Shown here piece after piece: positions 1 to 10,561 of a stretch of 64,000 bases of DNA; position 1 is the stretch's first letter; each line of letters begins with the position of its first letter. The translations under genes and the position numbers were made by a program. A model generated the notes under the pieces. It searched no databases and was not told where the DNA came from. It saw only the letters and a program-made list of their open reading frames with translations. Source of the DNA: Hyalangium minutum (GTDB lineage: Bacteria > Myxococcota > Myxococcia > Myxococcales > Myxococcaceae); assembly GCF_000737315.1 (NCBI RefSeq), contig NZ_JMCB01000012.1, positions 62,001 through 126,000 of the forward strand. The letters are read 5' to 3'.

Positions 1-110
1 TCCAGCGCCTCCACCCGCACCGCTGTCTCATAGGCGTGGGGCTGCCAGGGCACCCCACGGCACCCGGCCACCAGCACCAAGCCCAGGGCCACCCCAAGGG
101 CGCGCATCAT
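1..110 (-). CDS. Lipoprotein, 5' part only (runs off the window start)
   Basis: Not in the ORF track. Reverse strand reads MMRALGVALGLVLVAGCRGVPWQPHAYETAVRVEAL, with lipobox VAGC. Its ATG (110-108) overlaps the kinase TGA (ATGA). Confidence 0.75.
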   Translation of the reverse strand, partial: MMRALGVALGLVLVAGCRGVPWQPHAYETAVRVEAL

Positions 111-1024
111 CCTCCCAACAGGGGCCGCAGCGCCTCCACCGTGAGCGGCCACCCGGCGCGCTGCGCCAGGGTCTCGAGCGCCTTGATGAACTCCGCCGCC
201 GTCTGGAACCGCTTCGCCCGGTCCGCGAAGAGCGCCTTGCGCACCAGCTGCACCGAGTAGTCCGGCAGCCCCAGGTTGAGCGAAGACAGCAGCGGCACCC
301 GCGCGTCCCTCACCTTGAGCGCCAGCTCCGCCTCACCCGTCTCGCCATACAGCCGCCGGTTGGCGAACAGCTCCCAGAGGATGATGCCCACCGCGTACAG
401 GTCCGTGCGCGTGTCCACCGGCTGCCCCAGCACCTGCTCCGGGCTCATGTACGCCATGGTGCCGCGCATCGCGCCCGCCTCGCCCTGCATCATCCCCTCT
501 ACCTCGGCCACGCCGAAGTCCGTGAGCTTCACATCCCCCTGCACGCTCAGCAGGATGTTGTTGGGGTTCACGTCCCGGTGGATGATGTTCGCCCCGTTCT
601 CCCCCACCTTCGCGCGGTGCAGGTAGTCCAGCGCCTTGAGCACGCACCAGGCGATGTAGCAGGAGGCCTCGGGCGGCATGGACGTACCCACCTGCCGCAG
701 CAGCCCCTGCATGAACCCCAGGGTCCGGCCGCTCACCAGCTCCTGCACCATCAGGTAGTCCTGGCCCGCCTTGAACAGGCGGAAGGTGCGGACGATGTTC
801 GGGTGGCGCAGGCGCACCGTGAGCTTCGCCTCATCCACGAAGGACTTCACGTACGCCGCATCCGCCCGGAACGAGGGATGCAGCCGCTTGAGCACCACCT
901 CCTCGGGCTCTCCCGGGGAGCGCTGCGTCGTGGCCTTGGCGCGCGCTTGGTACACCTCGGCCATTCCGCCCACGGCGAGACGGCCGACGACTTCGTACCC
1001 TCCTAACTCCTGCGCTTCCGCCAC
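107..1024 (-). CDS. Hanks-type Ser/Thr protein kinase (kinase domain only)
   Basis: GGMAEVY, VVLKRL, HRDVNPNNILL, DFG and GTMAYMSPEQ motifs; GTG start. Confidence 0.95.
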   Translation of the reverse strand: MAEAQELGGYEVVGRLAVGGMAEVYQARAKATTQRSPGEPEEVVLKRLHPSFRADAAYVKSFVDEAKLTVRLRHPNIVRTFRLFKAGQDYLMVQELVSGRTLGFMQGLLRQVGTSMPPEASCYIAWCVLKALDYLHRAKVGENGANIIHRDVNPNNILLSVQGDVKLTDFGVAEVEGMMQGEAGAMRGTMAYMSPEQVLGQPVDTRTDLYAVGIILWELFANRRLYGETGEAELALKVRDARVPLLSSLNLGLPDYSVQLVRKALFADRAKRFQTAAEFIKALETLAQRAGWPLTVEALRPLLGG

Positions 1025-1057
1025 GATGTGGAGCCTAACGTGCCTGCTCTCGCCCGA

Positions 1058-2485
1058 CTATTCCTTGAGCAGGGATGTGAAGAGACTTTCATACCGCCGT
1101 GCCGAGGACGTCCAGGAGAAATCCCGCTGCATGCCCCGGCGCCGGAACCCTTCCAGCCGGGATGGATCCGCGTAGAGCGCCTGCGCCCGCCGCATGGCCG
1201 CCAGCATCGCCGCCGGATGGAAGGCCTCGAAGAGGATGCCGTTGCCCTCCAGCCCTCCCTCCACCGTGTCCACCAGCCCTCCCGTGGCCCGGACGATGGG
1301 CACCGTTCCATACTTCAGAGAATACATCTGATTCAGCCCACACGGCTCGTACCGGCTGGGCATCAGGAAGAAGTCCGCCCCCGCCTCCACCAGGTGTGAG
1401 AACCCCTTGTGGAACCCGATGTAGACGCCCACCTGCTTTGGGAAGCGCGCCTGGAGCGCCCGCAGGCCCTCCTCGTACTGCCCCTCGCCGCTGCCAATCG
1501 CCACGAAGCGGATGTCCGACTGGAGCGCCACCGGCATCACCTCCAGCAGCAAGTCGATGCCCTTCTGGTACGCCAACCGGCTGACGATGCCGAACACCGG
1601 CGCATCCGTCTCCTCCAGCCCCGACTCCTTCAGCAGGGTCCGCTTGCAGGCCGCTTTCCCCGTCATCTCCTCCGGGGTGTAGCGCGCCGGGATCAGGGTG
1701 TCCTGGGCCGGATCCCACTCGTGCGTGTCGATGCCGTTGAGGATGCCCACCAGCCGCCCATGCTGCCGGCGCAGCAACCCTTCCAGGTTGCAGCCCGCCT
1801 CCGGCGTCTGGATCTCCTTGGCATAGGTGGGCGACACGGTGGTGATGGCGTCCGCGAACGTCAGGCCCGCCTTGAGGAAGTTCACCGTGTCGTAGAACTC
1901 GATACCGTCGTGGGCGTTGAACAAGTCCCACGGCAGCCCCAGCTCGCCCATGATGTCCTTCCTGAACTGCCCCTGGTAGGCCAGGTTGTGGATGGTCATC
2001 ACCGTGCGGGCGCGCGACAGCGGAGAGGCCTGGAAGCCGCGCTTGAGCGCTACCGGCACCAGCCCCGTCTGCCAGTCGTTGACGTGGACGATGTCCGGAA
2101 TGAAGCGCAGCCGCTGGGCCGCCTGGAGCGCACCCACGCTCAGGTAGGCGTAGCGCCGGTAGTTATCGCCAAACTCCCCGAGCGCATCCCCGTAGATGCC
2201 TTTTCGGCCGAAGAAGCGTTCATTCTCCAGGAAGAGCACCTCGAGGCGCTCGGACAGCCGCACCGAGAGGATGGGCCCTGTCTCCTCGCCAAAGGGGAAG
2301 CGCACGTGGAGCGAGTGCCCCGTGGGCGTCAGCCGGGGGTCCTTCACGTCCGCGTAGCGCGGGGTGACGACCTTGACGTCATGGCCCAGCTCGGCGAGCG
2401 CCGCCGGGAGCGCTCCGGCCACGTCCCCGAGGCCTCCCGTCTTGGAGAACGGGGTGACCTCCGAGGCGATGAACAGAATCTTCAT
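1058..2485 (-). CDS. glgA: Glycogen synthase
   Basis: [11 protein letters not shown]-glucose motif, Hx[27 protein letters not shown]. Confidence 0.97.
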   Translation of the reverse strand: MKILFIASEVTPFSKTGGLGDVAGALPAALAELGHDVKVVTPRYADVKDPRLTPTGHSLHVRFPFGEETGPILSVRLSERLEVLFLENERFFGRKGIYGDALGEFGDNYRRYAYLSVGALQAAQRLRFIPDIVHVNDWQTGLVPVALKRGFQASPLSRARTVMTIHNLAYQGQFRKDIMGELGLPWDLFNAHDGIEFYDTVNFLKAGLTFADAITTVSPTYAKEIQTPEAGCNLEGLLRRQHGRLVGILNGIDTHEWDPAQDTLIPARYTPEEMTGKAACKRTLLKESGLEETDAPVFGIVSRLAYQKGIDLLLEVMPVALQSDIRFVAIGSGEGQYEEGLRALQARFPKQVGVYIGFHKGFSHLVEAGADFFLMPSRYEPCGLNQMYSLKYGTVPIVRATGGLVDTVEGGLEGNGILFEAFHPAAMLAAMRRAQALYADPSRLEGFRRRGMQRDFSWTSSARRYESLFTSLLKE

Positions 2486-2582
2486 TCCCCAACCATGCCG
2501 TGTGGAGCCTGTGAGTCAACCTTCTTCCGAAGCGGTGCCAGGACGGTCTTCCCTCGACGGGGGGGATGTTAGGGTGCCCCTC

Positions 2583-3167
2583 ATGGAACTGCCCATGGAT
2601 CCCATCGAGCACTTCGCCATCCTCTTCGAGCAGGCGAAGAAGGCCATCCCCGTGGACCCCAACGCGATGATCGTCTCCACGGTGGGGGACGACGGCCACC
2701 CGTCCTCGCGGGTGGTGCTGCTCAAGGACTTCGACGCGCGCGGCTTCGTCTTCTACACCAACTTCGAGAGCCGCAAGGGGCGCGAGCTGCTGGCCCACCC
2801 GAACGCGGCGCTCCTCTTCTATTGGGCCCCGCTGGAGCGGCAGGTGCGCATCGAGGGCCGTGTGGAGCCCGTCTCCTCCGAGGAGGCGGACGCGTACTTC
2901 CAGAGCCGGGCGCGAGGCAGCCAGATCGGCGCCTGGGCGAGCCTCCAGAGCCAGCCGCTGCCGTCTCGCCACCTGCTGGAGGCCCGGGTGGAGGCGCTCA
3001 CCCGTCAGTACGAGGGCAAGACGGTGCCCCGCCCTTCCCACTGGTCGGGCTTTCGGGTCATCCCCGAGCGCATCGAGTTCTGGCACGCGCGCCCCAGCCG
3101 CCTGCACGAGCGCATCGTCTACCAGCGCGACGCGGACGGCTGGAGCACCGAGTTCCTCTACCCATGA
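2583..3167 (+). CDS. pdxH: Pyridoxamine 5'-phosphate oxidase (myxobacterial fprA position)
   Basis: [38 protein letters not shown]. Start trimmed from the ORF track (2574, 2583 or 2595 possible). Confidence 0.95.
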   Translation: MELPMDPIEHFAILFEQAKKAIPVDPNAMIVSTVGDDGHPSSRVVLLKDFDARGFVFYTNFESRKGRELLAHPNAALLFYWAPLERQVRIEGRVEPVSSEEADAYFQSRARGSQIGAWASLQSQPLPSRHLLEARVEALTRQYEGKTVPRPSHWSGFRVIPERIEFWHARPSRLHERIVYQRDADGWSTEFLYP

Positions 3168-3189
3168 GCCACGGGCGCGAGCCCTCCGG

Positions 3190-3900
3190 CTACCAGGGAA
3201 GCTCCTTGCCTTGATAGTCGAAGAAGCGGCCGCTGTTGACGAGGGTGAGCTCGTCGATGACGCGCAGCATCCCCTGGACGGAGTCCTCCACGCGGGTGGG
3301 CGCCATCTTGCCGCCCATGTCCGTCTGCACCCAGCCGGGGCTGAGCACGGCGGTGATGAGCCCCTGCTCGCGGAAGTCCACGGCCATGGTGCGCATGCCC
3401 GCATTGAGCGCGGCCTTGGACATGCGGTACGCGTACGCGCCTCCGGCGATCCCATAGACGCCCGCAGGCGTGTTGTCCGCCAGCGAGGCCATGTGAGTCG
3501 TCAGGTGGACGATCTTCCGGGTGTTTCCCTTGAGCACAAAGGGAATCAGCGCGGAGGATAGGCGGATGGGACCCACGGCGTTGGTCTCCATCACCTGGCT
3601 CATGTCTTCGAAGTCCATGTCCACCAGCGGATGCCACTTCCCGCCGATGCCCGCGTTGTTGATCAACACGTCGACGGGCGCCTCGCCCACCCGGGAGGCG
3701 AAGGCCTTCACACTGTCGGTGTCGGTGATGTCGAGGGAGTGAATGCGCAGGCGAGCACCGGCTTCGCGCGCCAGGGAGGCCAGCTGCCGGGCCTCCGAGG
3801 GAACACGAGCCCCAGCTTCTACGGTGTCGCCACGAGCGAGGAGTTGTCGGACAAATTCAAGGCCAATACCGCGACTGGCCCCTGAGATGGCGTAGCGCAT
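3190..3900 (-). CDS. csgA: C-signal short-chain dehydrogenase CsgA ortholog
   Basis: MRYAISGASRGIGLEFVRQLLARGD...AYAYRMSKAALN...PGWVQTDMGG...SGRFFDYQGKELPW closely matches M. xanthus CsgA as recalled, and it lies between pdxH/fprA and hemG as in that species. Confidence 0.88.
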   Translation of the reverse strand: MRYAISGASRGIGLEFVRQLLARGDTVEAGARVPSEARQLASLAREAGARLRIHSLDITDTDSVKAFASRVGEAPVDVLINNAGIGGKWHPLVDMDFEDMSQVMETNAVGPIRLSSALIPFVLKGNTRKIVHLTTHMASLADNTPAGVYGIAGGAYAYRMSKAALNAGMRTMAVDFREQGLITAVLSPGWVQTDMGGKMAPTRVEDSVQGMLRVIDELTLVNSGRFFDYQGKELPW

Positions 3901-3987
3901 GGGATCCATTAGGCGCTTCGCTCGATGCAGTTTCAACCGATGGGACTCTTGACCCGAGGGACCTACACGAAGCAAAGGAATCCCTGA

Positions 3988-5379
<1,392 letters not shown>

Positions 5380-5397
5380 CACACGCCTGGGTGGAAC

Positions 5398-6333
5398 ATG
5401 ACGCGCCGCGGACTTCTCGTACTGCTCTGGGTGGGACTGCTGCCGGCGGTGGCGGCCGGCGGCAAGGCCCCGAAGCCGGAGCCGGTGAAGCGCTTCATCA
5501 GCGAGGCGGCCCTGAAAAACCTCGAGTGCGTCACCCAGTGGGAGCAGATCTGCGCGGACGATCCCGCGCGCAACCACCTGCTCGAGCTCACCCGCGGCAC
5601 ACTGCGGTACCGGACGTGGCCGGATGGGAACGTGGCGTATGACATCCTCGGCCGGAGCGGGAAGCTGCTTCAGTTGGCGGCGCCGGGCAGCCGTCAGGAG
5701 GTGGCCACCCTCAAGCAGGAGAAGGACGAGGCGCTCTACAAAGGACCGAACAACGTCCCCGTGAAGTGCAAGCTGCCGAACTGCGCCATGGTGCCGGAGT
5801 GCCTTCCCCCGGAGCCGGCTGTCACGGTGCGGTTCGTCAGCGAGGCCCGCCTCACCCAGCGCATCAAAGAGCTGATGCCGCTGGTGCCGGAGCGGCAGTG
5901 TCCCAAGCAGAAGCCCGAGTATCTCGCGCCCAAGGCGGGCGAACGCTGCCTCAACACCCGCAAGCCTTACATTCCCCCGGCCCGGCTGGTTCGGAAACAG
6001 GCCCCCGTGCGCATCGACGCGCAGCCCCTGCGGCTCTTCCTGTCGAACGACGAGCGTACGCTGCTGGACAATGAGGCGGAGCCGCTGCTCGAGGCCGTGC
6101 GGCTCTTCTATACGTCGCGGCTGGCGCGGAACTCCCGGACGCGAGGCGCGCTGACGGTCCGCCTGCACTTTCCCCCGGGTGACAAGCGGCCCGAAGTCTA
6201 CGTGCAGAAGGACGAGCCCCGCGACGCGGACCTCACGGCGTGCCTGAGCGCAGCGCTGCGCTCCAAGGAGCTGTTCCCATGGCGGCCGTCCCAGGTGGCC
6301 GATCTGGAGCTCTCCTTCCTCTTCTCGCGCTGA
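5398..6333 (+). CDS. Exported hypothetical protein with a C-terminus resembling the AgmX/PglI (TonB-C-like) domain
   Basis: Signal peptide MTRRGLLVLLWVGLLPAVAA; C-terminal G-ALTVRLHF...DADLTACL...FP...LSFLF pattern. Confidence 0.6.
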   Translation: MTRRGLLVLLWVGLLPAVAAGGKAPKPEPVKRFISEAALKNLECVTQWEQICADDPARNHLLELTRGTLRYRTWPDGNVAYDILGRSGKLLQLAAPGSRQEVATLKQEKDEALYKGPNNVPVKCKLPNCAMVPECLPPEPAVTVRFVSEARLTQRIKELMPLVPERQCPKQKPEYLAPKAGERCLNTRKPYIPPARLVRKQAPVRIDAQPLRLFLSNDERTLLDNEAEPLLEAVRLFYTSRLARNSRTRGALTVRLHFPPGDKRPEVYVQKDEPRDADLTACLSAALRSKELFPWRPSQVADLELSFLFSR

Positions 6334-6416
6334 GTGACTTGCCGGGTATGCTGCGAACCGGGCAACGTGAAGAGCCCCAACGCATCCTGATTCCGCGGAC
6401 ATTGCCAGGAGGAGAC

Positions 6417-7454
6417 ATGAACAAGGCGTGGTGGCTGGGCGTACTGTGCTGTCTGACTGCGGTGTGGGGATGCAGCAAGGACAAGACGGAGCCCGTGTCC
6501 GCGGGGCAAACCGCGAGCGGGACTGCGGCCACGAAGCCCGCCCCAGCCAAGGTGAAGCTGGCGCTGGACTGGGTGCCCGAGCCGGAGTTCGGCGGCTTCT
6601 ACGCCGCGCGCGAGATCGGGGCCTTCGCGCGCCATGAGCTGGAGGTGGAGATCCTCGGCGGTGGCGCCGGGGCTCCGGTGGCGCAGATGGTGGCGACGGG
6701 ACAGGCGGACTTCGGCACCACGAGCGCGGACTCGGTGCTGACGGCCCGGGCCCGAGGCGTGGACCTGGTGCCTCTGTTCGCCACGTACCAGACGACGCCG
6801 CACGCCCTCATGGCCCACGCCTCCAAGGGGTTCACGAGCATGGCGCAGGTGCTCACCAGCGGCAGCACGGTGGCCCTGGAGCCGGGCCTGGCCTACGCGC
6901 AGTTCCTGAAGAAGAAGTACGGCTTCGACAAGGTGAAGATCGTTCCCTACGACGGCGGCGTGGCCCGCTTCCTGGCGGACAAGGACTTCGTCCAGCAGTG
7001 CTTCCTCACCTCGGAGCCGCTGGCGGCCAAGAAGCAGGGCGGAGACCCTGTGCTCTTCAAGGTGGCGGACGAAGGCTTCAACCCCTACGCCACGGTGGTG
7101 GTGACGCGCGGTGAGCTGTTGAAGCAGCAGCCCGAGCGCGTGCGCGCCTTCGTGGACGCGGTGCGCGAGGGGTGGCGCGCCTACCTGGACAACCCCAAGC
7201 AGGCCAATGACGTGATGGCGAAGCTGAACACCACCATGGACGCGGAGACCTTCGCCCGGGTCGCCGAGACGCAGAAGCCGCTCATCGAGACCGACGAGAC
7301 GCGCGCCAAGGGGCTGGGCGCCATGAGCAGGGAGCGCTGGGAGACGCTGGGCCAGCAGCTCGTGGACCTGGGCATCATCGAGAAAACGCCCCCGGTGGAT
7401 GAGTACCTGCGGCCCGAGTTCCTGGGCGCTCCTGCCCCCGCCCCCGCGAAGTAA
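6417..7454 (+). CDS. NMT1/THI5-family ABC solute-binding lipoprotein
   Basis: RBS GGAGG then ATG at 6417; lipobox VWGC; LALDWVPEPEFGGFY, VATGQADFG, GFNPYATVVV. Confidence 0.85.
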   Translation: MNKAWWLGVLCCLTAVWGCSKDKTEPVSAGQTASGTAATKPAPAKVKLALDWVPEPEFGGFYAAREIGAFARHELEVEILGGGAGAPVAQMVATGQADFGTTSADSVLTARARGVDLVPLFATYQTTPHALMAHASKGFTSMAQVLTSGSTVALEPGLAYAQFLKKKYGFDKVKIVPYDGGVARFLADKDFVQQCFLTSEPLAAKKQGGDPVLFKVADEGFNPYATVVVTRGELLKQQPERVRAFVDAVREGWRAYLDNPKQANDVMAKLNTTMDAETFARVAETQKPLIETDETRAKGLGAMSRERWETLGQQLVDLGIIEKTPPVDEYLRPEFLGAPAPAPAK

Positions 7455-7483
7455 GCCCTCAGCGCACCGGAGCAAGCCACGCC

Positions 7484-8188
7484 ATGAAGGAAGCGCTCGT
7501 CATCACCGGAGCCAGCAAAGGAATCGGCCTCGCCACGGCGAAGCTGTTCCGCGAGAGGGGGGCCGTCGTGGTGAACCTCTCGCGCTCCCGCTGCGAGCAG
7601 GAGGGAGTCCTCAACCTGACGGTGGACCTGACCCTGGCCGGGTTCGAGCGCAGGGTGGAGGCCCCGCTCCTTCAGGCCATCGCGGGCTGTGAGCGGCTGG
7701 TGCTCGTCCACAACGCCGCCGTTCTGGAGCAGGACTCTGCGGACGCGGGCTCGCCAGACGTGCTTCGGCGGGCGCTGGAGGTGGAGGTCGTCGCCCCCAC
7801 GGTCCTCAACCGACTGCTGATCCCGAAGATGCCCCAGGGCTCGTCCGTGGTGTACGTGGGGTCGACGCTGTCGGAGAAGGCCGTCTCCGGCATCTACTCC
7901 TACGTGGTGGCCAAGCACGCCAACGTGGGAATGATGCGAGCCACCTGCCAGGACCTGCTTGGGCGCGGCGTGCACACGGTCTGTGTGTGCCCCGGAGTGA
8001 CCGACACCGAGACGTTGCAGAAGCGGGTAGCGGGAGATGCGAAGACGCTCGAGGTGCTGCGCTCCATCACGGGCGAGGGCCGCCTCATCGAGCCGCAGGA
8101 AATCGCCCGGGTGATCGCCTTCGCGGCCGACCACCCGGTGCTCAACGGCACCCTTATCCACGCGAACCTCGGGCAGAAAGAGAACTAG
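7484..8188 (+). CDS. Short-chain dehydrogenase/reductase
   Basis: TGASKGIG, HNAA, YVVAK (YxxxK), PGVTDT. Confidence 0.9.
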   Translation: MKEALVITGASKGIGLATAKLFRERGAVVVNLSRSRCEQEGVLNLTVDLTLAGFERRVEAPLLQAIAGCERLVLVHNAAVLEQDSADAGSPDVLRRALEVEVVAPTVLNRLLIPKMPQGSSVVYVGSTLSEKAVSGIYSYVVAKHANVGMMRATCQDLLGRGVHTVCVCPGVTDTETLQKRVAGDAKTLEVLRSITGEGRLIEPQEIARVIAFAADHPVLNGTLIHANLGQKEN

Positions 8189-8195
8189 GACGGCC

Positions 8196-8705
8196 ATGAC
8201 CTCGCGCCATCGGATCTTCGTCAGCAAGGACGTCCTGAAGTTCTCGTCGGCCCACATGACGGTGTTCCCGGATGGCTCCAAGGAGCGCCTCCACGGCCAC
8301 AACTTCCAGGTGCTGCTGGAGTTCGAACTCCACACGACGAAGCTGGTCTCGCTGCTGGACTTCGGGCTGGTGAAGCAGACGCTGGCCCAGGTGTGCGCGC
8401 GGTGGGATCAGCGGCTGCTGCTCGGCACGCGCTGCCCCGCCTTCGAGCTGGTGAAGCAGGACGCCACGGAGGTGGAGTTCAAGCTCTGCGGCAAGCGCTA
8501 CGTGGTGCCTGCGGACGAAGTGGCGCTGCTGCCCCTGGAGAACGTGGTGGTGGAGACGCTGGCCGAGGAGCTGGCCTTCGTGCTGGTGGAGCAGCTGGGC
8601 TCCCTGCTGAAGCGGGACGTGGTGGCCGCCATGATCGTCACGGTGAGCGAGTCCACGAACCAGGGCGGCTCATACCGGTGGGAGTGGGAGCCCCGGCCGT
8701 CCTGA
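8196..8705 (+). CDS. 6-pyruvoyl-tetrahydropterin synthase family protein, PTPS-III type
   Basis: FSSAH...ERLHGHNF gives the E-x2-H-G-H signature, with no catalytic Cys before HGH. Confidence 0.85.
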   Translation: MTSRHRIFVSKDVLKFSSAHMTVFPDGSKERLHGHNFQVLLEFELHTTKLVSLLDFGLVKQTLAQVCARWDQRLLLGTRCPAFELVKQDATEVEFKLCGKRYVVPADEVALLPLENVVVETLAEELAFVLVEQLGSLLKRDVVAAMIVTVSESTNQGGSYRWEWEPRPS

Positions 8706-8728
8706 GCGGCGCGGAGCCCCTCCGGCAG

Positions 8729-8758
8729 CGACCGCTCACCCCTCCGGCACGACCGCTC
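8729..8758 (+). promoter_or_regulatory. Candidate LytTR operator CGACCGCTC-N12-CGACCGCTC
   Basis: Perfect 9-bp direct repeats at 8729-8737 and 8750-8758 (21-bp period), 72 bp upstream of the operon encoding the LytTR regulator. Possible -10 CATTCT at 8794-8799. Confidence 0.7.
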
Positions 8759-8829
8759 GGCCTGTTCCCGGCCACGTCGGAGCCGGCCGGCATCATTCTC
8801 ACTCCCACCACGCCGCCCCGGAGTGAGCC

Positions 8830-8940
8830 ATGACCTCGCTGTCGATGCCGCTGCTGATCGTCTCCGCCGTCCTCCTGTTCCCCTTCGTGCTGGTGGGTTC
8901 CATCGTCCTGGACCTGACCGAGGCGGAGGTGTCGCCGTGA
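8830..8940 (+). CDS. Small 36-aa single-pass membrane protein (not in ORF track)
   Basis: MTSLSMPLLIVSAVLLFPFVLVGSIVLDLTEAEVSP; GGAG just upstream; high third-position GC; stop overlaps the next GTG (GTGA). Confidence 0.65.
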   Translation: MTSLSMPLLIVSAVLLFPFVLVGSIVLDLTEAEVSP

Positions 8941-9509
8941 AGGCCAAGCGCCTGCTGGATCTGGCCCTGCTCTTACCGCTGGTGCCGTTCTTCGGGCTGG
9001 CGGTGGGGGTGCTGGCACTGGTGGTGCTCGTCGTGGACGGCCGGCCGGTGTTCTTCACCCAGCCACGCCTGGGCCAGGGGCGGCGCGTGTTCCGCATCCT
9101 GAAGCTGCGCACCATGACGTGCGAGGCGGACATGCGCGCCCGGCGCCCTACCCGGCTCGGGAACCTGCTGCGCCACCACGGCCTGGATGAGCTGCCCCAG
9201 CTCTTCAATGTCCTCATTGGGGATATGAGCCTGGTGGGGCCGCGCCCGCTGACTCCAGATGACGCGGAGCGTTTGATTGCCGCGCATCCGCCCCTGGCTG
9301 CCCGCTTCGAGGTGCCTCCGGGCATCACGGGGTTGGCGCAGGTGTGCCAGGCGCGCGGGGCGGCACTCACGGCGCAGCTGGATGCCGAGTATGCTCAGAC
9401 GTCGAGCGCCATCGTGGATATCGGCATCCTTCTCCGCACCACCTGGATCAACGTTGTCGGCAAGCGCCGGGGTGCACGGCCGCTGCCGCCGCACCTCGTC
9501 CCGCGATGA
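8937..9509 (+). CDS. Bacterial sugar transferase (small monotopic phosphoglycosyl transferase, PglC/WbaP-C-like)
   Basis: KRLLDL, KLRTM, LDELPQLFNVLIGDMSLVGPRP, PGITGLAQV; GTG start at 8937. Confidence 0.9.
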   Translation: MKAKRLLDLALLLPLVPFFGLAVGVLALVVLVVDGRPVFFTQPRLGQGRRVFRILKLRTMTCEADMRARRPTRLGNLLRHHGLDELPQLFNVLIGDMSLVGPRPLTPDDAERLIAAHPPLAARFEVPPGITGLAQVCQARGAALTAQLDAEYAQTSSAIVDIGILLRTTWINVVGKRRGARPLPPHLVPR

Positions 9510-10561
9510 TCTGGATCCCGGAAGGCTCCATCGTCCGCGCGACGCTGCGCGCGCTGATTGCCCCGAAGCGGCTGGTGCCCATCCTGCTGGTGGCGGCGTC
9601 ACTGGTGTTCGCGCAGGCGAGGTTCAGCCGGGATCCGCTGGCCGTGCCGCTGGGCGTCATGCTGTGCATTCTCTTCGTGGCGGCGGCGCCGGTGTCCTAC
9701 CGGGTGCTGTTCCCCGAGGGCCTCGACCTGAGCCACGGTGGCGTGCGGCTGGTGCTCTACGGGGCGATGGGCAGCGGCGTGGTGCTCTCGACGGGGTATG
9801 TGCTGCCGAAGATGCTGAAGATGGGGCCGACGTTCCTGACGCAGCCGGTCAACCTGGCGGTGTGTGGGGCCCTGTATCTGGTGGGGGGATGGGGCTTGGG
9901 GCGGGACATCGACTTCGAGGAGTCGCTGGCGCGAGAGCGAGCCCGGGCGGAGAGGCTCCAGTTGGAGGCGGAGCAGGCGCAGCTCCTGGCGCTGCGGAGC
10001 CACCTGGATCCACACTTCCTGTTCAACACGCTGAACGCCATCGCGGAGTGGTGCCGGACGGACGGGGCGGTGGCGGAAGCGGCGGTGCTCAAGCTGTCAG
10101 CCATGCTGCGCAGCGTGCTGGCGGGGGTGCGGAGCGCGACGTGGCCGATGGAGAAAGAGCTGGAGCTGCTGCGCACCTTGTTCGACCTGCACCTGCTGCG
10201 AGACCCGGAGCTGTTCCAGCTGACGTTCGACGTTTCTCCTGGAGTGAGTGAGGTGCCAGTACCACCGCTGATGTTGTTGCCGCTGGCGGAGAACGCGGTG
10301 AAGCACGGCCCAGCGGCGGGGCATCGCGGGCGCATCTCATTGCAGCTGGCACAGCGTGAGAACGAGCTGGTGTTCACCTTGGAGAACCCGGGGGCCTCGA
10401 AAGGTCCACGACCGGGCAGCACGGGCCTGCCGACGGTGGAGCGGCGGCTTGCGCTGGCCTACGGTGGGGCGGCGCGGTTCTCGCTAGAGAGCGCCGAGGG
10501 CCGCACCCGCGTCACAGTCACCCTGCCCCGCTCGGGCCCTCTGCTGGGAGTCATCACGTGA
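9506..10561 (+). CDS. LytS/YehU-family membrane sensor histidine kinase
   Basis: About 4 N-terminal TM segments; LRSHLDPHFLFNTLNAI; LPLAENAVKHG; ATGA overlap with the sugar transferase. Confidence 0.92.
   Translation: MIWIPEGSIVRATLRALIAPKRLVPILLVAASLVFAQARFSRDPLAVPLGVMLCILFVAAAPVSYRVLFPEGLDLSHGGVRLVLYGAMGSGVVLSTGYVLPKMLKMGPTFLTQPVNLAVCGALYLVGGWGLGRDIDFEESLARERARAERLQLEAEQAQLLALRSHLDPHFLFNTLNAIAEWCRTDGAVAEAAVLKLSAMLRSVLAGVRSATWPMEKELELLRTLFDLHLLRDPELFQLTFDVSPGVSEVPVPPLMLLPLAENAVKHGPAAGHRGRISLQLAQRENELVFTLENPGASKGPRPGSTGLPTVERRLALAYGGAARFSLESAEGRTRVTVTLPRSGPLLGVIT

Noticed and set aside
2364-2582. Extended N-termini from the ORF track (also csgA to 4056, SBP from 6240, gluQ from 24699, GNAT from 33579, gene 9 from 60681)
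   Set aside because: They overlap neighbouring genes, and homology, RBS or signal peptides begin at the downstream starts used.
8196-8705. queD (tempting because gluQ is in the window)
   Set aside because: QueD needs C-x3-H-G-H; this protein has E-x2-H-G-H, and no que genes are adjacent.
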